This document shows, one piece after another, positions 9,392 through 19,765 of a stretch of DNA of 64,000 bases. The notes under the pieces are model-generated. The model ran no database searches. It was given only the letters and a program-made list of their open reading frames with translations, and was not told the DNA's origin. Location of the stretch: contig JBGATF010000005.1 of the NCBI GenBank assembly GCA_044229355.1, positions 309,161 through 373,160 of the forward strand. The letters are read 5' to 3'. This DNA is from Limisphaerales bacterium (GTDB taxonomy: Bacteria; Verrucomicrobiota; Verrucomicrobiia; Limisphaerales; JADJPG01). The position numbers were made by a program, and so were the translations under genes. Positions within the stretch are counted from its first letter, which is position 1. Each line of letters begins with the position of its first letter.

Positions 9392-10318
9392 CTATGGTCC
9401 AAGCCAACTGAAAAACCCGGCGGCCTCCAGCTCCTGGTCCAAGGCGGCGGCCTGCGTGCGATCGAGGTTCGTCTGGGGCAGGCGCGCCGGGCCGACGTCG
9501 ACGCCAAGTCGCTGCATCAGGATCTTGGCGCTGCCCATGAACCCCCGGCGCGCCAAAATCCGCACGAGCTGCGCGGACCGAAATTGTTCCAGGCGGGCCG
9601 TCTCCAAATCGCCTTTGGCCACCGCCGCCATCAATCGAAGGTAGATCGGCGCGGCGAAGTTATAGGTGCTGCCCACCGCCCCCCTCGCTCCGAGCACGAG
9701 GGCGGCCAGCAACCATTCGTCCGTGCCGTAGGGCACGTCGAAGCTCCCGTCGCCGGCCCGCAGACAAAACTGATACGCCAGCAAATCGCTGTTGGTAAAT
9801 TTGAGTCCGGCCAGGGTCGGCACGCGCGCGGGCGCGCGCTCGAGGAACTCCGGCATGGAAAAATTCACCCCGGTCATGCTCGGAATGTCGTAGAAATAAA
9901 AAGGGGTGCGCGGGGCGGCCGAGGCGATCTCTGCACAGCCGGCGATCAGCGCGTCGAGGGAGGCCGGCTTGAAGTAGGACGGCGCCAGCGCCGAGATGGC
10001 CAGCGCCCCGACCGACTCGGCGTGGGCGGCGAGCACCCGGGCGTCGGCCAGGCAGTTCGAGCCGACGTGAACCACGAATCGCAGGTCCGAGCCCCGCGTG
10101 ACTTCCGCCCAGCGGTGGGTGAGCTGCCGTCGTTCGTCGACGGTCAGCGAATGACATTCGCCTGTGCTGCCGCCGATGAAGGCCAGGCGAACCCCGGAGG
10201 CCAGCAGATGCGCCGCCTGTTTTTCGATGACGTCGAGCCTGAGGGAGCCATCCGCGTGGAAGGGCGTGTGGGTGGCGGCCACAAGGCCGATCAGGCGCGG
10301 GTGGGGCGGGAGGATCAT
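9392..10318 (-). CDS. nanA: N-acetylneuraminate lyase / DHDPS-family aldolase
   Basis: GGSTGE, YFYDIPSMTG, GLKFTNSDL, GAVGSTYN; lies downstream of sialidase-like and MFS genes. Confidence 0.8.
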   Translation of the reverse strand: MILPPHPRLIGLVAATHTPFHADGSLRLDVIEKQAAHLLASGVRLAFIGGSTGECHSLTVDERRQLTHRWAEVTRGSDLRFVVHVGSNCLADARVLAAHAESVGALAISALAPSYFKPASLDALIAGCAEIASAAPRTPFYFYDIPSMTGVNFSMPEFLERAPARVPTLAGLKFTNSDLLAYQFCLRAGDGSFDVPYGTDEWLLAALVLGARGAVGSTYNFAAPIYLRLMAAVAKGDLETARLEQFRSAQLVRILARRGFMGSAKILMQRLGVDVGPARLPQTNLDRTQAAALDQELEAAGFFSWLGP

Positions 10319-11571
10319 GGGGACTTTTTCGTTGGCGCCGAATCGGGCGCGTGCGCGTTGGGGCGGATGAGGAGCACCAGGACAATGGAAATGACAGCCG
10401 TGCCGGCAAAGACCCCGAAGATGGCATTGAGCGGGACAGCGCGATCGCGGAGGGCCCCAAACCCCCAGTCCGCCAGCCCGCCGCAGCTGATGCTCACCAG
10501 ATTCATGATGCCGTAGCCCGTGGCGCGGTGGTCCGGACGCACGATCTGGGCGAGGATGGGCATGTTGTTGCAGTCAAAAAATCCCCAACCCAGCCCGAAG
10601 AGGACCAGGAAGAGCACGGCCGTGGTGAGGGATGCGGCGTTTCCCACGCCGAACAGGGCCGGGATGATCATGGCCATGCCGAGGGCGCTGGCGTAGATGC
10701 GACCCCGGTTCGTGCGGCGCATCCAGTCGTCGGCCAGCCAGCCGCCGGCCAACGCGCCGAGGACGGCGGCCGACTGCCAATAGAGCGTGGCGGACACACC
10801 CGCCTGGCCCTGGCCCAGGTGGAACTGCTGTTTGAGGATGGCCGGCATCCAGTCGCGCACGACCCAGCCCGCCAGGGCCGGCAGTGTGAAGTAAAGCACC
10901 AGCAGAACGAACGACCCATTCGACAACAAATGGCCGAGTGTCGCCGCCGGCGAGGACGCCCGCTCGCTCGAGGCGATCCGGGGCGCGTCACGCAGCAGGA
11001 AGATCAACGGAATTGCGTAGAGGATCCCAACCAGCCCGCATGCATCAAACGCAAAGCGCCAACCGAGCGCCGGCGCATCCGCCACATACCCGCTGAAGCC
11101 GCCGATCATGACCCCCGCGTAGATCGCCATCTGATGAAAGCCGATTGCCCGCGATCGCGTGTTCAGCCCATGAAAGTCGGCAATCAACGCCAGCGCGGCC
11201 GGGATGTAAAACGCCTCGCTGATGCCCATCAATGATCGCGTCCAAAGCAGGCCCTGGTAGGTCGTCACGTGCCCGGTGGCCCACGTCACCGCCGACCAAG
11301 CGAACAGGCTCGAGCAAATGGTCCACCGCCGGCTGAACCGATCGGCCAGATATCCGCCCACAGGACTCAGAAATGCATAAACCCACTTGAACTGCCCCAG
11401 CATCCGACCCCAGTTGGCGTCCGAGGCAATCGATGGCACGTCCGTCATCACGGAAAATTTCATCGCCGCCAGCATCTGGCGGTCGAGGTAGTTCAACAGC
11501 GCCACCGGCCAGAGCAGGGCCACCACCGTCCAGGCGTAGCGGCTCAGGCTCGTTTTCGAATCCGTGCTCAT
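10315..11571 (-). CDS. MFS transporter (sugar-acid type, candidate sialic acid permease)
   Basis: LLNYLDRQ, GYLADRFSRR, many TM helices; start taken as MSTDSK at 11571 rather than 12567. Confidence 0.88.
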   Translation of the reverse strand: MSTDSKTSLSRYAWTVVALLWPVALLNYLDRQMLAAMKFSVMTDVPSIASDANWGRMLGQFKWVYAFLSPVGGYLADRFSRRWTICSSLFAWSAVTWATGHVTTYQGLLWTRSLMGISEAFYIPAALALIADFHGLNTRSRAIGFHQMAIYAGVMIGGFSGYVADAPALGWRFAFDACGLVGILYAIPLIFLLRDAPRIASSERASSPAATLGHLLSNGSFVLLVLYFTLPALAGWVVRDWMPAILKQQFHLGQGQAGVSATLYWQSAAVLGALAGGWLADDWMRRTNRGRIYASALGMAMIIPALFGVGNAASLTTAVLFLVLFGLGWGFFDCNNMPILAQIVRPDHRATGYGIMNLVSISCGGLADWGFGALRDRAVPLNAIFGVFAGTAVISIVLVLLIRPNAHAPDSAPTKKSP

Positions 11572-11630
11572 CAATTTGTCAGGGGTGTCGGCCCGCCGTT
11601 GTAAGTCGCCCCACCCGTCCGGGGCAAGGA

Positions 11631-12800
11631 TCACTTTCGACGAGCGTCCAGTTCTGACAGTCGCAACCGCACGCTGACAATGAACGGCGCCTCCCCCTCG
11701 ATCCAATGGCCGTACGTCGTGGCCACAAAGGTCCCGTCCGGCAGCACCTCGACTCCCGGATAGGCGCAGTCCGCACCGTGCTGGTTGTCCATCAGGCGCA
11801 CCCGATACTGGCCCTCGCCTCCGCTGCGAATGTCCTCGTAGCGGCCAACCCAGGCCACCCAATCGCCCCGGGTGGGGGACTCCAGCGTCGTGTCCCGGAA
11901 GCTGATGAACAGGCGTCCATCCGGCGCGAACTTTCCCACGTGCCGATCCCCGGTCAACGCGCCCGGCAACTCCCGGGGCTCCGACCACGTCCGCCCTTCG
12001 TCCTCCGAGACGATCACGTGCGAGTTCCGGCGCCGCGCGTTTTCCCGCAGGAGCACCGCGATCTGGCGGCCGTCCGGCGAACGAACCAAGCCGGGCTCGC
12101 ACAGATGCACATCGCTGCGCTTCAGCATGACTTCGGGCCGGCCCCACGTCCGCCCGCCATCGTCGGAAAAGGTTTTGTAGAGGCTGAACGCGACGGGCTT
12201 TTCCGGCGTGGGCCTGGCCGCGAAGAACCGCCCGTCGTCGTGAAACATCGCCAGGTATCGGCCCGGGGCGCTGCGCACCGGTTCGGTGAAGCCCATCACC
12301 ACGATGCCGCCCCAGTCGCCCGCCGGCTTCAGCTCGCTCCAGGTGACGCCGTCGTCCTCGCTGACCGACAGCCGCGCCGGATAAAGCCCGGACCAAACGA
12401 TGAGTCGTTTGACACCGGTCGCGTCGACGACGCGATGGATGGTGGGCGTCTCCTGGCTCGTGGCCCAGCTGGCGGGCACTGGCAGACGCTCGCTCCAGGT
12501 GAGGCCGCCGTCCAGACTCCGCTTGAGGACGATCGGACCTTTCCCATGGCCTTTCGGATACACGCACAGAATGGTCCGCCCGTCTTCCAGCAGCACAGTG
12601 GTGGGGTGGCCGAGATATTGTCCGCGTTCGCGGTCCACGACGACCTGACGCCGGGTCTCACCCGCGAGATCGATCCAGGGAATCGAATAGCCACGCGGCG
12701 GGGGAGGTGACGGCCCGGCGTTCGCCACCCCGGTTAGGCGGCTTAGCATCGATGCGCTGAGACAAAATCCCAGCGCAGCTCGGGTCAGGTGACGGTGCAT
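11631..12800 (-). CDS. Secreted sialidase-family (BNR/Asp-box) glycosidase
   Basis: Signal peptide; Asp boxes SLDGGLTW, SEDDGVTW, SDDGGRTW, SEDEGRTW; LCEP and DCAYP motifs. Confidence 0.85.
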   Translation of the reverse strand: MHRHLTRAALGFCLSASMLSRLTGVANAGPSPPPPRGYSIPWIDLAGETRRQVVVDRERGQYLGHPTTVLLEDGRTILCVYPKGHGKGPIVLKRSLDGGLTWSERLPVPASWATSQETPTIHRVVDATGVKRLIVWSGLYPARLSVSEDDGVTWSELKPAGDWGGIVVMGFTEPVRSAPGRYLAMFHDDGRFFAARPTPEKPVAFSLYKTFSDDGGRTWGRPEVMLKRSDVHLCEPGLVRSPDGRQIAVLLRENARRRNSHVIVSEDEGRTWSEPRELPGALTGDRHVGKFAPDGRLFISFRDTTLESPTRGDWVAWVGRYEDIRSGGEGQYRVRLMDNQHGADCAYPGVEVLPDGTFVATTYGHWIEGEAPFIVSVRLRLSELDARRK

Positions 12801-12921
12801 GCCGCGAGCGTGGGGGAGAACCGGCGCGCGAGCCAGAACGTTTCATCGCTCGACAACTTGCCGGTGCGCCGGCCGACCCCGTTTGTACTTTTCCGCCTTT
12901 TAGATTCCATTAAACCGGGTG

Positions 12922-12950
12922 TTGACAAAACCCGGCCCATTCCCAATCTT
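12922..12950 (+). promoter_or_regulatory. Putative sigma70 promoter of tRNA-Lys
   Basis: Perfect TTGACA at 12922; only a weak -10 (CAATCT/AATCTT) 16-17 nt downstream. Confidence 0.4.
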
Positions 12951-12965
12951 CTCCGCCTCTTGGTT

Positions 12966-13041
<76 letters not shown>

Positions 13042-13160
13042 ATTTTTTTTCGATCATGGAGCGCAGATATCCCGAAGATTGGTCCACGCTCGATCGCCAA
13101 TTCCAACGTTCTTGCACGCCGGCCAACGCTGCCCCATGGACCAGCTTCCACCTCCGGGCG

Positions 13161-13323
13161 CATCCTCCAGTTGTCGGCGACACTGCGTCCGATGGTCCGG
13201 ACCGCGGGCATTTTGCCCGCAGCAGCTCGAATCGGCGGCCGCGCGTTGGTCCGTTCGCAATGCGTGGCCGTTTACGGCCGCTGCGGGTTGCAAACCCGCG
13301 GCCCGAGCCGACAACTTCGGGAT
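13161..13323. repeat. REP/MITE-like element, family A, with imperfect terminal inverted repeats
   Basis: Ends CATCCTCCAGTTGTCGGC ... GCCGACAACTTCGGGAT; the body aligns with 37457-37599. Confidence 0.75.
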
Positions 13324-13356
13324 CCACCCTCCTGACTTCCAGCTTCTGGCTTCCAG

Positions 13357-16300
13357 CTACTGCAGCCGCGGCGTGACGAGGCGGTAAAAGCGGCGCGGTC
13401 CGCCGGGCGGTCTGGGATCCATCACCTGCACCGGGTGATCATTCGTCGTGGCGACGACATCGGCGACCCGGCTCCAAGCGCCCTGCGTGACGTTTGTGGT
13501 GCCGATCACCGTGTAGGTGCGTCCGGCAACCGCATTGAAGTCCAGCCGCACGTTGGGCGCCGGGTTGGCCTCGGACGAGGCGCTGGTGATGCGGAGGTAG
13601 CTCTGGGGATCGCGCGGGTCGGTTCCGGCAATGAATTCGTCACGGTTTGACGAGCCATCGTGGTCCAGGTCCTGCAGTGCGTCAGCGGCGCTGTTGGTGT
13701 TCATGCCGGAGGCAGCCTCCCAGGAGTCGGGAATGCCGTCGCCGTCGAAGTCAGCCACCGAGGTGATGGTGGCGAACAGGGACCCGACTCCGCTGGGGCT
13801 CGCCGCGTTGCGGACGACGACCCGGTAGTTTTGGTTTCCGAGCGTAGTGGGTGCCGGAAAGGTGTAGAAGTCGGTCGTGGCGTCGGAGTAGTTGGTGGAA
13901 ACGGGCGTGGAGCTGCGGCGCCATTCGTAGCTGAACGGGGCAGGGTGCCCGTCGATGCTCACGCTCAACGTGACGGGAGCGCCGGCGGCGACGATCTGCG
14001 AGACGGGCTGCACCAGAATCCTGGGTGTGACCAAAATGCTGAGCGTGACGGCGTCGCTGAGCGTGGGTCCGATGTCATCCTGGACGCGCACGCGGTAGAC
14101 TCCCTCATGCGCGAACTGGACGTCGGTGATGACGAGCTGGGGCGCGGTGGCGCCGGGGATCGGGACGTCGTTAAAGAGCCATTGGTAGCGAAGGGTGCCC
14201 GTGCCGATGGCCACAACCGCGAAGACTGCGTTCGTGGGGACGGGCCCGAGTCGGACCGCGACATTGGTCGGCTGGGTGGTGACGGTGGCGGGGATGAGCA
14301 CCGCGAGATTGGCGCTCGCGCTGAGAACGGACCCGGCGCTGTTTTGGACGAGAACGGAATAGGCGCCTTCCTGGCTGCTCTGGACGCCGACCAGCGTCAG
14401 GGTCTGATTGGTGGCGCCGGCGATGGCGCCGCCGTTGTAGCGCCACTGGTAGGTGAACGGTGGCGCGCCCGCGAGCGACACGGTAAAGGTGGCGGACTGA
14501 TCGCGAATGGCGGTGACGGGCTGCGGGTCGATCGCGATGACGGGCGGGAACTGAACGACGAGCAGGGCGCCGTCGCTCAAGGCGCTCCCGGCCGCGTTGG
14601 CGACGGAAACGCGATAGGTGCCGGCGTCATCTTCGCGAAGGTTGGCCAACGTGAGCGTGGCGTTGGTGGCACCAGGAAGCGGACCGCCGTTGTGTTCCCA
14701 CTGAAAGGCAAAGGGAGGAGTTCCGCAGACCGCGACCGTGAACGTGGCGGTGCCGTTGGTGGGCGCGACGCGTCCGCGGGGTTGCAGGGTAATGGTCGGG
14801 AGACCGGCCGGGAGATTGGCGCGTCCACGTCCCGGAGTTGAGGGCTCGGAAGCCCAGTTGAACGGCTGGTTGCCGGCAGCAGAGGCGTTGACCCGTTGGA
14901 GCGAGTTGCCGGTGCCGTCGGCACCGCAGGGCCACGGGGACTGGTCGGCGTAGAGGACTTCGTCGACGACGATCCAGCTGATCGCGTCGCCCGGCAGATC
15001 GGGGGCCTGGGGTTTTTCCAGCGCGACGCGGTCGCTGCGGTTCGCCAGCTTGCCCAGATACGGACCGACGATCTGCAAGGCCGGATCGGTGACGCCGTAA
15101 CGGGTCTTGAACGCTGCCAACTGCGCGGGGTTCGCCACCGGATCAAAGTTCACCACGATCAGGCGTTCGTCCGCGGCCAGCGTGACCGGGCCCTGGAAGT
15201 CGAACGAAACCCCGCCGTTCAGGCGCCAAACCCCATTCGAGTTCGCCAGAAGTACAGGGCTGGGGGCCACGTTCTGCAGCTCGACGAACTCCTCGACGGA
15301 ATTGTCGGTCGGAACGCCGTTCACCAGGATGTCCTGCGGATGAAATTGAATTTCGCTGATGACGATCGACGGGCTGGGGGCGGCGTTGGCGGCGTTACGC
15401 GTCCGGGGTGCCAGCGCGAACCAGTCAGGGCCGCCATCCGGGTAGCGTCCGAGCGACCAGTCGTTTTCCTGGGCCTTGAAGCTGACGGCATCGACGACGC
15501 GGTCGGCAGCGGTGCCGGGGAGATAAGAAAGGAAAACCTGTTCGCCCGCCTTGTTGAGGCCGAAGCCGATGTTCGTTGGGTTGTGAAACCCGGTGACTTC
15601 ATCGAACGAGACCCAGCCGTGGGCGGGAATCGTGGTGGTGGCCGGGACGGCCCATTTCTTGAGCGCGTCGTAGGTGGCTCCGTCGTCGCTCAGGTACCAG
15701 CCTGGACCGAGGGTGAGGGGAATTTCGGCCGGGTTGTAGAGCTCGATCCAGTCGTTGGAATCGAGCTCGGCGGTAAAATCGGTGTGCGCCACGATTTCGT
15801 TCAGCAGCGGAGCAGCGGGAGGCGGCGGATCGGCGTGTCCGGGCGATCCGCGCAGATACGCGCTGGAGTGCCAGTTGCCCGGGTAGTCAGCGCTGCCGGC
15901 GTTTTCGGCGGACACGGCCGACTCGGCGAGAACGAGGGAGTGGCCGGCTCCGTCCGCGGCCGGCGGCCAACCGCGGCCGTCGCCATAAGTGAAGTTGAGA
16001 ATGTCAGTGCCGCCGGCGCTGGTCCGGAGGACGAGCTGTTCACCGCCGTTGTTGAGGCTGCCGGAGTAGGGGCCGTAGACGGCGACCGTGCCGGGGATTT
16101 GGTAATAGGCACGAAAGGCGGAGAGATCGGCGGTGCCGGCCAGCACGAGGTAAGCGCCGGGCGCCAGCGAGGCGCCCGCGGCAAATGTGTAGTCGATGCC
16201 CTGGGTGAACTTCACGCCGCCGAGTTGGAGCGTAAGGGTCGAGCTCGCGTTGTAGAGCTCGACGTATTCGAAGCCGCCCGGCGCCGGGTTGAACATGATT

Positions 16301-19300
16301 TCCGTCAGCCGGAGGTTATCGATCAGGTCCGGCTGGTTGAGCGGCTCGCCGCAGGTGAACTCGAACGGCGCGGACCAGTTGCTGTTCCGCCCGGTCTGAT
16401 CCGTAAAGAGGACGCGGACGCGATACCGGTTGCCCACCCGGAGGAACTGCGGCGGAATTTGGACGGTGTCGAAGAAGGGGGTGATGTCGCCACTTTCCCA
16501 GACGGGCTCGATTTCGTATCGGCGCGGCTCGCCGGGGGCGGCGGTGATCTCGCCGAGGCGCCAGCGCAGGGAGCGGAAGGGGTTGGCGCCGGCGTAGGCG
16601 GAGCAGCGGAACGTGAGCTGGTTGAGCGGCAGTTCCACCGGCCCGGTGTAGGTGAGGGTCGGTCGCGCCGGCCGCGCGTCATCGCGCGCCATGGTATCGA
16701 GCGAAAAGACGGCGTTGGTCGAGCGATAGTCGACGTAGCTCTTCATCAGCTGGATGCCGCCCGCGAAGGTCTTGGGCAGGTTGGGCGGATTGGGCGTCTG
16801 GGTGGGCCATTGGTAATAGCGGCCTTGTCCGGCCTTGGCGGTGGGATTGGCGGAGTAGACGGCGTCGATCATCTTGGGGTTGTAATCCCACATCGAACGA
16901 TCGGCATCGAGGATGGTGGGGGCGTTGGTCGGCCCGCGCAGCAGGGCGGCGTATTCGTCGATCAAGGTGTAGGCCTGATCGTTGTTCCAGAGCAGATCAC
17001 GGATCTCGCGGACCCGATTGCGGAACTCGACGTTGATGGTGGGCAGGCGCCCGGGGCTGGCGAAGTTGTCGAGCAGCCGGCTCTTGAGCGGCTCGTCGCC
17101 GCCGGTCTGGCCGCCGCGATACATGTTGTCGGCCCAAGTCAGATCCAGGTCCCAGGTGCAGGTCTGCCAGAGGCGGGTCTGCGGGTTGCGATAGAAGAAA
17201 TAGTTTTTGCCGTCGGCGATGTCGTAGTGATGGATGCCTTGAACAATGGCCTGATAACTGTAGTGGCTCGGGAGGTTCCAATTGGTGCGCCACCATTGTT
17301 CGGACGCGCTCGTGTAATTGGCCTGAAGAAAGTTGAGATCGGATTTGTCGGTCGGGCCGAAGGGCCCGACGTTGTTCAGCTCGCCGGTGCCGCCCTCCAT
17401 CTTGTAGAGGTTGCCGTCGGGCAGGTCGTGCTCTTCCAGGAACCGGCCGTTCTCCTGCTCGAGGGCGAGATACACGCCCCAGAAATCCCCTTCGAATTGG
17501 GACGTTGTCGCGGCCTCTGCCGCCTCGTCGACGACGCGGAAGGTGCAGAAGGTCGATTTGGGCGCGGCCACGCCGGCGAGATTGAACAGGCGAAAGCCGA
17601 CGGACTCGAACATGCCCTGCTCGCCGCGGTGGTTGAAGTCGCCCTGCTGGATGCTGGCGCCGAGGTTGAGCTTGGACCACGGCACGGCGTACTTGCGGCC
17701 CCAATTGTCGCGCATCTCCAGGTCATGACCGCGGTTCAAATCGAATTTCCACATGTTCTTGCACATGGAATAACGCCAGACGCCGCCGCGCGCCCGGTAG
17801 CGGATGTGGTCGAGCACCTGGCCGTCGTAGACCAGCGTGCCCAGCCACTGGTAGGCATCACCCCCGTAGCGGCTGAACCACGTGGCTGTCGCAATCGTAT
17901 TGCTGCGCCCAATCAAGTGAAAGACCGGCAGGCGCCCCATCGTGTTGCTCGAGTAATTGACCACCGTGCCCAGCGCGTCCGCGGCGCCGGGCCGGACCGC
18001 CCCGCGCCAGGCCGGGACGCCGTCATACACGAAATAGGCAAAGTTCGGCTGGGCATCTTCCGCGTAAGGGACGGTCGCCGATTTGCCGAGCCGATCGGTG
18101 ACGGTCAGGCGGTAACGGACAAGCCGGCGGTGTTGCTGCACCGAGGCGGGGATCTGCGCGGAGAACGTGTCGTCGTTGGGGGTGGCGTCGCCGTTGATCC
18201 CCGCGTCGTTCATCGCCACGACAATCCAATTCGCCGCGTTGGTGTAGGCGGCGTCGGTCAGCTCGATGTACTGGCCCGGATTCACAATTTGATAGGCGAG
18301 CGAGACGCTGCCGACGCCCTGGGGATCGGTGACTTTGGCGGTGATGGTGACGGGGCTGCCGCTGACGGGCTGTCTGGGGGTGTGATCCACCTGCCGGACG
18401 CTGGGCGGCGCGTTGGTGGCGAAGACCGTGTTGACGCGACCCGGCGTGGGTCCGGAGCCGCCGGTGGCGCCGATCTGGCCGATCAGGCGCGCGTCGAAGA
18501 AGAAGTCGCTGCTGCCGGCGAGCGAGGAGTTGTGCGCCTGGACGGCCAGCGTGTTGACTCCCGGGACGAGCAGGCTGCCGGGCAGCCCGGCCAGGTTGAA
18601 GGCGACATAGTTGAGATTCTCGAGCGCAGCCACGGCGGTGCCGCTGAACGGGACTTCGCCGGCCGTCATGTTGGCGCTGCCGTCGATGACGAGGACGCCA
18701 TTGATCCAGGCCTTGAAGCCGTCATCGTATTGCGCCTCCAGCAGCAGCGAGTTGAACTGGGCCGGGTTGTCGATGGTGAATTGTTTGCGAAGAAAAACCG
18801 AGGTGTAGCCGCCGGACATGTCGGGCAGCGGGGTGACGATGAAGGTCTCGCCGTAGCCCAGGGGAAGGCTGGCCTGTTCCCAGCTGGAGTCGTTGAAGGC
18901 CGGCTGGCGCCAGCTCGTGACCGGGGTGGAGGCCTCGTTGGTTCCGCGGACAAATTTCCACGAGGCCAACGCGGGAACCAGGGTGATGTTTTGCGCAGGT
19001 GTTCCGCCGGACCCTGACCCCGATGGGCGCCAGCTGCTCCCGAGATCGTTGTCGAGCCCCGGGTGAATCAGCTCGATCGATTTGCCCGCGCCCACGGTCG
19101 TGGCGTCCCCGACGATCGGCCAGGGAAAGGCGGCTCCGTAGGATACTTCGTCAACGATGGCTCCCGCAGCGTCCCGCAATGTGATCGTGTCGCCGCGTCC
19201 ACCCAGGCTCGAGTAGCCGTCCGGGCGAATGGGTCCCAGCGCGCCGGTCGCGGCGAACTTCGATTGGAGGAATGCCGGGTTTTGGGCCACGACGACAAAC

Positions 19301-19542
19301 CCGCCGGGAACCACGTTGGTCGCGGGGAAGGTGAAATCCAATCCGTTGGAGAAACGCCAACCGAGGAGGTTGATGGCTTGCGGGCCGGTGTTGTAGAGCT
19401 CGATGAACTCGGCCGGCTCGGTCTTCACGTCCGGGTTGTAGTGAATTTCGTTGATGACGATGCCGGCGGAGGCAGGGTGCGCGATGGCATTGACCAGGGA
19501 GGCGACGGCGACGAGGCGGGACGAAATACGGCTGAACTTCAT
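13357..19542 (-). CDS. Giant secreted CotH-kinase / lamin-tail-domain / Ig / TSP3-like protein
   Basis: Signal peptide MKFSRISSRLVAVASLV (ATG 19542); LTDs (INEIHYNP..EFIELYN, four copies); CotH (GVYLALEQ, KNYFFY, WDLDLTW); Ig repeats (YQWRYNG); DFDGDG/DLDHDG; ends RRFYRLVTP. Confidence 0.88.
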   Translation of the reverse strand: MKFSRISSRLVAVASLVNAIAHPASAGIVINEIHYNPDVKTEPAEFIELYNTGPQAINLLGWRFSNGLDFTFPATNVVPGGFVVVAQNPAFLQSKFAATGALGPIRPDGYSSLGGRGDTITLRDAAGAIVDEVSYGAAFPWPIVGDATTVGAGKSIELIHPGLDNDLGSSWRPSGSGSGGTPAQNITLVPALASWKFVRGTNEASTPVTSWRQPAFNDSSWEQASLPLGYGETFIVTPLPDMSGGYTSVFLRKQFTIDNPAQFNSLLLEAQYDDGFKAWINGVLVIDGSANMTAGEVPFSGTAVAALENLNYVAFNLAGLPGSLLVPGVNTLAVQAHNSSLAGSSDFFFDARLIGQIGATGGSGPTPGRVNTVFATNAPPSVRQVDHTPRQPVSGSPVTITAKVTDPQGVGSVSLAYQIVNPGQYIELTDAAYTNAANWIVVAMNDAGINGDATPNDDTFSAQIPASVQQHRRLVRYRLTVTDRLGKSATVPYAEDAQPNFAYFVYDGVPAWRGAVRPGAADALGTVVNYSSNTMGRLPVFHLIGRSNTIATATWFSRYGGDAYQWLGTLVYDGQVLDHIRYRARGGVWRYSMCKNMWKFDLNRGHDLEMRDNWGRKYAVPWSKLNLGASIQQGDFNHRGEQGMFESVGFRLFNLAGVAAPKSTFCTFRVVDEAAEAATTSQFEGDFWGVYLALEQENGRFLEEHDLPDGNLYKMEGGTGELNNVGPFGPTDKSDLNFLQANYTSASEQWWRTNWNLPSHYSYQAIVQGIHHYDIADGKNYFFYRNPQTRLWQTCTWDLDLTWADNMYRGGQTGGDEPLKSRLLDNFASPGRLPTINVEFRNRVREIRDLLWNNDQAYTLIDEYAALLRGPTNAPTILDADRSMWDYNPKMIDAVYSANPTAKAGQGRYYQWPTQTPNPPNLPKTFAGGIQLMKSYVDYRSTNAVFSLDTMARDDARPARPTLTYTGPVELPLNQLTFRCSAYAGANPFRSLRWRLGEITAAPGEPRRYEIEPVWESGDITPFFDTVQIPPQFLRVGNRYRVRVLFTDQTGRNSNWSAPFEFTCGEPLNQPDLIDNLRLTEIMFNPAPGGFEYVELYNASSTLTLQLGGVKFTQGIDYTFAAGASLAPGAYLVLAGTADLSAFRAYYQIPGTVAVYGPYSGSLNNGGEQLVLRTSAGGTDILNFTYGDGRGWPPAADGAGHSLVLAESAVSAENAGSADYPGNWHSSAYLRGSPGHADPPPPAAPLLNEIVAHTDFTAELDSNDWIELYNPAEIPLTLGPGWYLSDDGATYDALKKWAVPATTTIPAHGWVSFDEVTGFHNPTNIGFGLNKAGEQVFLSYLPGTAADRVVDAVSFKAQENDWSLGRYPDGGPDWFALAPRTRNAANAAPSPSIVISEIQFHPQDILVNGVPTDNSVEEFVELQNVAPSPVLLANSNGVWRLNGGVSFDFQGPVTLAADERLIVVNFDPVANPAQLAAFKTRYGVTDPALQIVGPYLGKLANRSDRVALEKPQAPDLPGDAISWIVVDEVLYADQSPWPCGADGTGNSLQRVNASAAGNQPFNWASEPSTPGRGRANLPAGLPTITLQPRGRVAPTNGTATFTVAVCGTPPFAFQWEHNGGPLPGATNATLTLANLREDDAGTYRVSVANAAGSALSDGALLVVQFPPVIAIDPQPVTAIRDQSATFTVSLAGAPPFTYQWRYNGGAIAGATNQTLTLVGVQSSQEGAYSVLVQNSAGSVLSASANLAVLIPATVTTQPTNVAVRLGPVPTNAVFAVVAIGTGTLRYQWLFNDVPIPGATAPQLVITDVQFAHEGVYRVRVQDDIGPTLSDAVTLSILVTPRILVQPVSQIVAAGAPVTLSVSIDGHPAPFSYEWRRSSTPVSTNYSDATTDFYTFPAPTTLGNQNYRVVVRNAASPSGVGSLFATITSVADFDGDGIPDSWEAASGMNTNSAADALQDLDHDGSSNRDEFIAGTDPRDPQSYLRITSASSEANPAPNVRLDFNAVAGRTYTVIGTTNVTQGAWSRVADVVATTNDHPVQVMDPRPPGGPRRFYRLVTPRLQ

Positions 19543-19644
19543 GGTTTCACAACGCGGATTGAGCGCCAAAAGTCCGGCACGGCCGGCCGGTTGGCAAGTG
19601 GCGATTTCGGGACGCCGGGGAAAGACCCAGACCGAGGCGCTTCT

Positions 19645-19674
19645 TTGGGCCGCGGGTTTCCAACCCGCAGCGGC
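19645..19674. repeat. Single REP arm, family A
   Basis: TGGGCCGCGGGTTTCCAACCCGCAGCGGC is a near-exact reverse complement of 13277-13306. Confidence 0.7.
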
Positions 19675-19765
19675 GGATGCCGATCTGGCCATGCATCGGT
19701 TCCGGCGCAGGTCGACAGCGGGGGGGCCTCCCAATCGAGCCCATTGGCGGGGTGTTGCCGCCCGG

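Noticed and set aside
11572-12567. Apparent 750-aa MFS fusion
   Set aside because: The extension overlaps the sialidase in another frame; the MFS sequence begins at 11571
14896-19017. 1373-aa plus-strand ORF and similar long antisense ORFs (27026, 29192, 39684, 58193, 60505)
   Set aside because: Mirror frames of high-GC3 genes that have clear domains on the other strand
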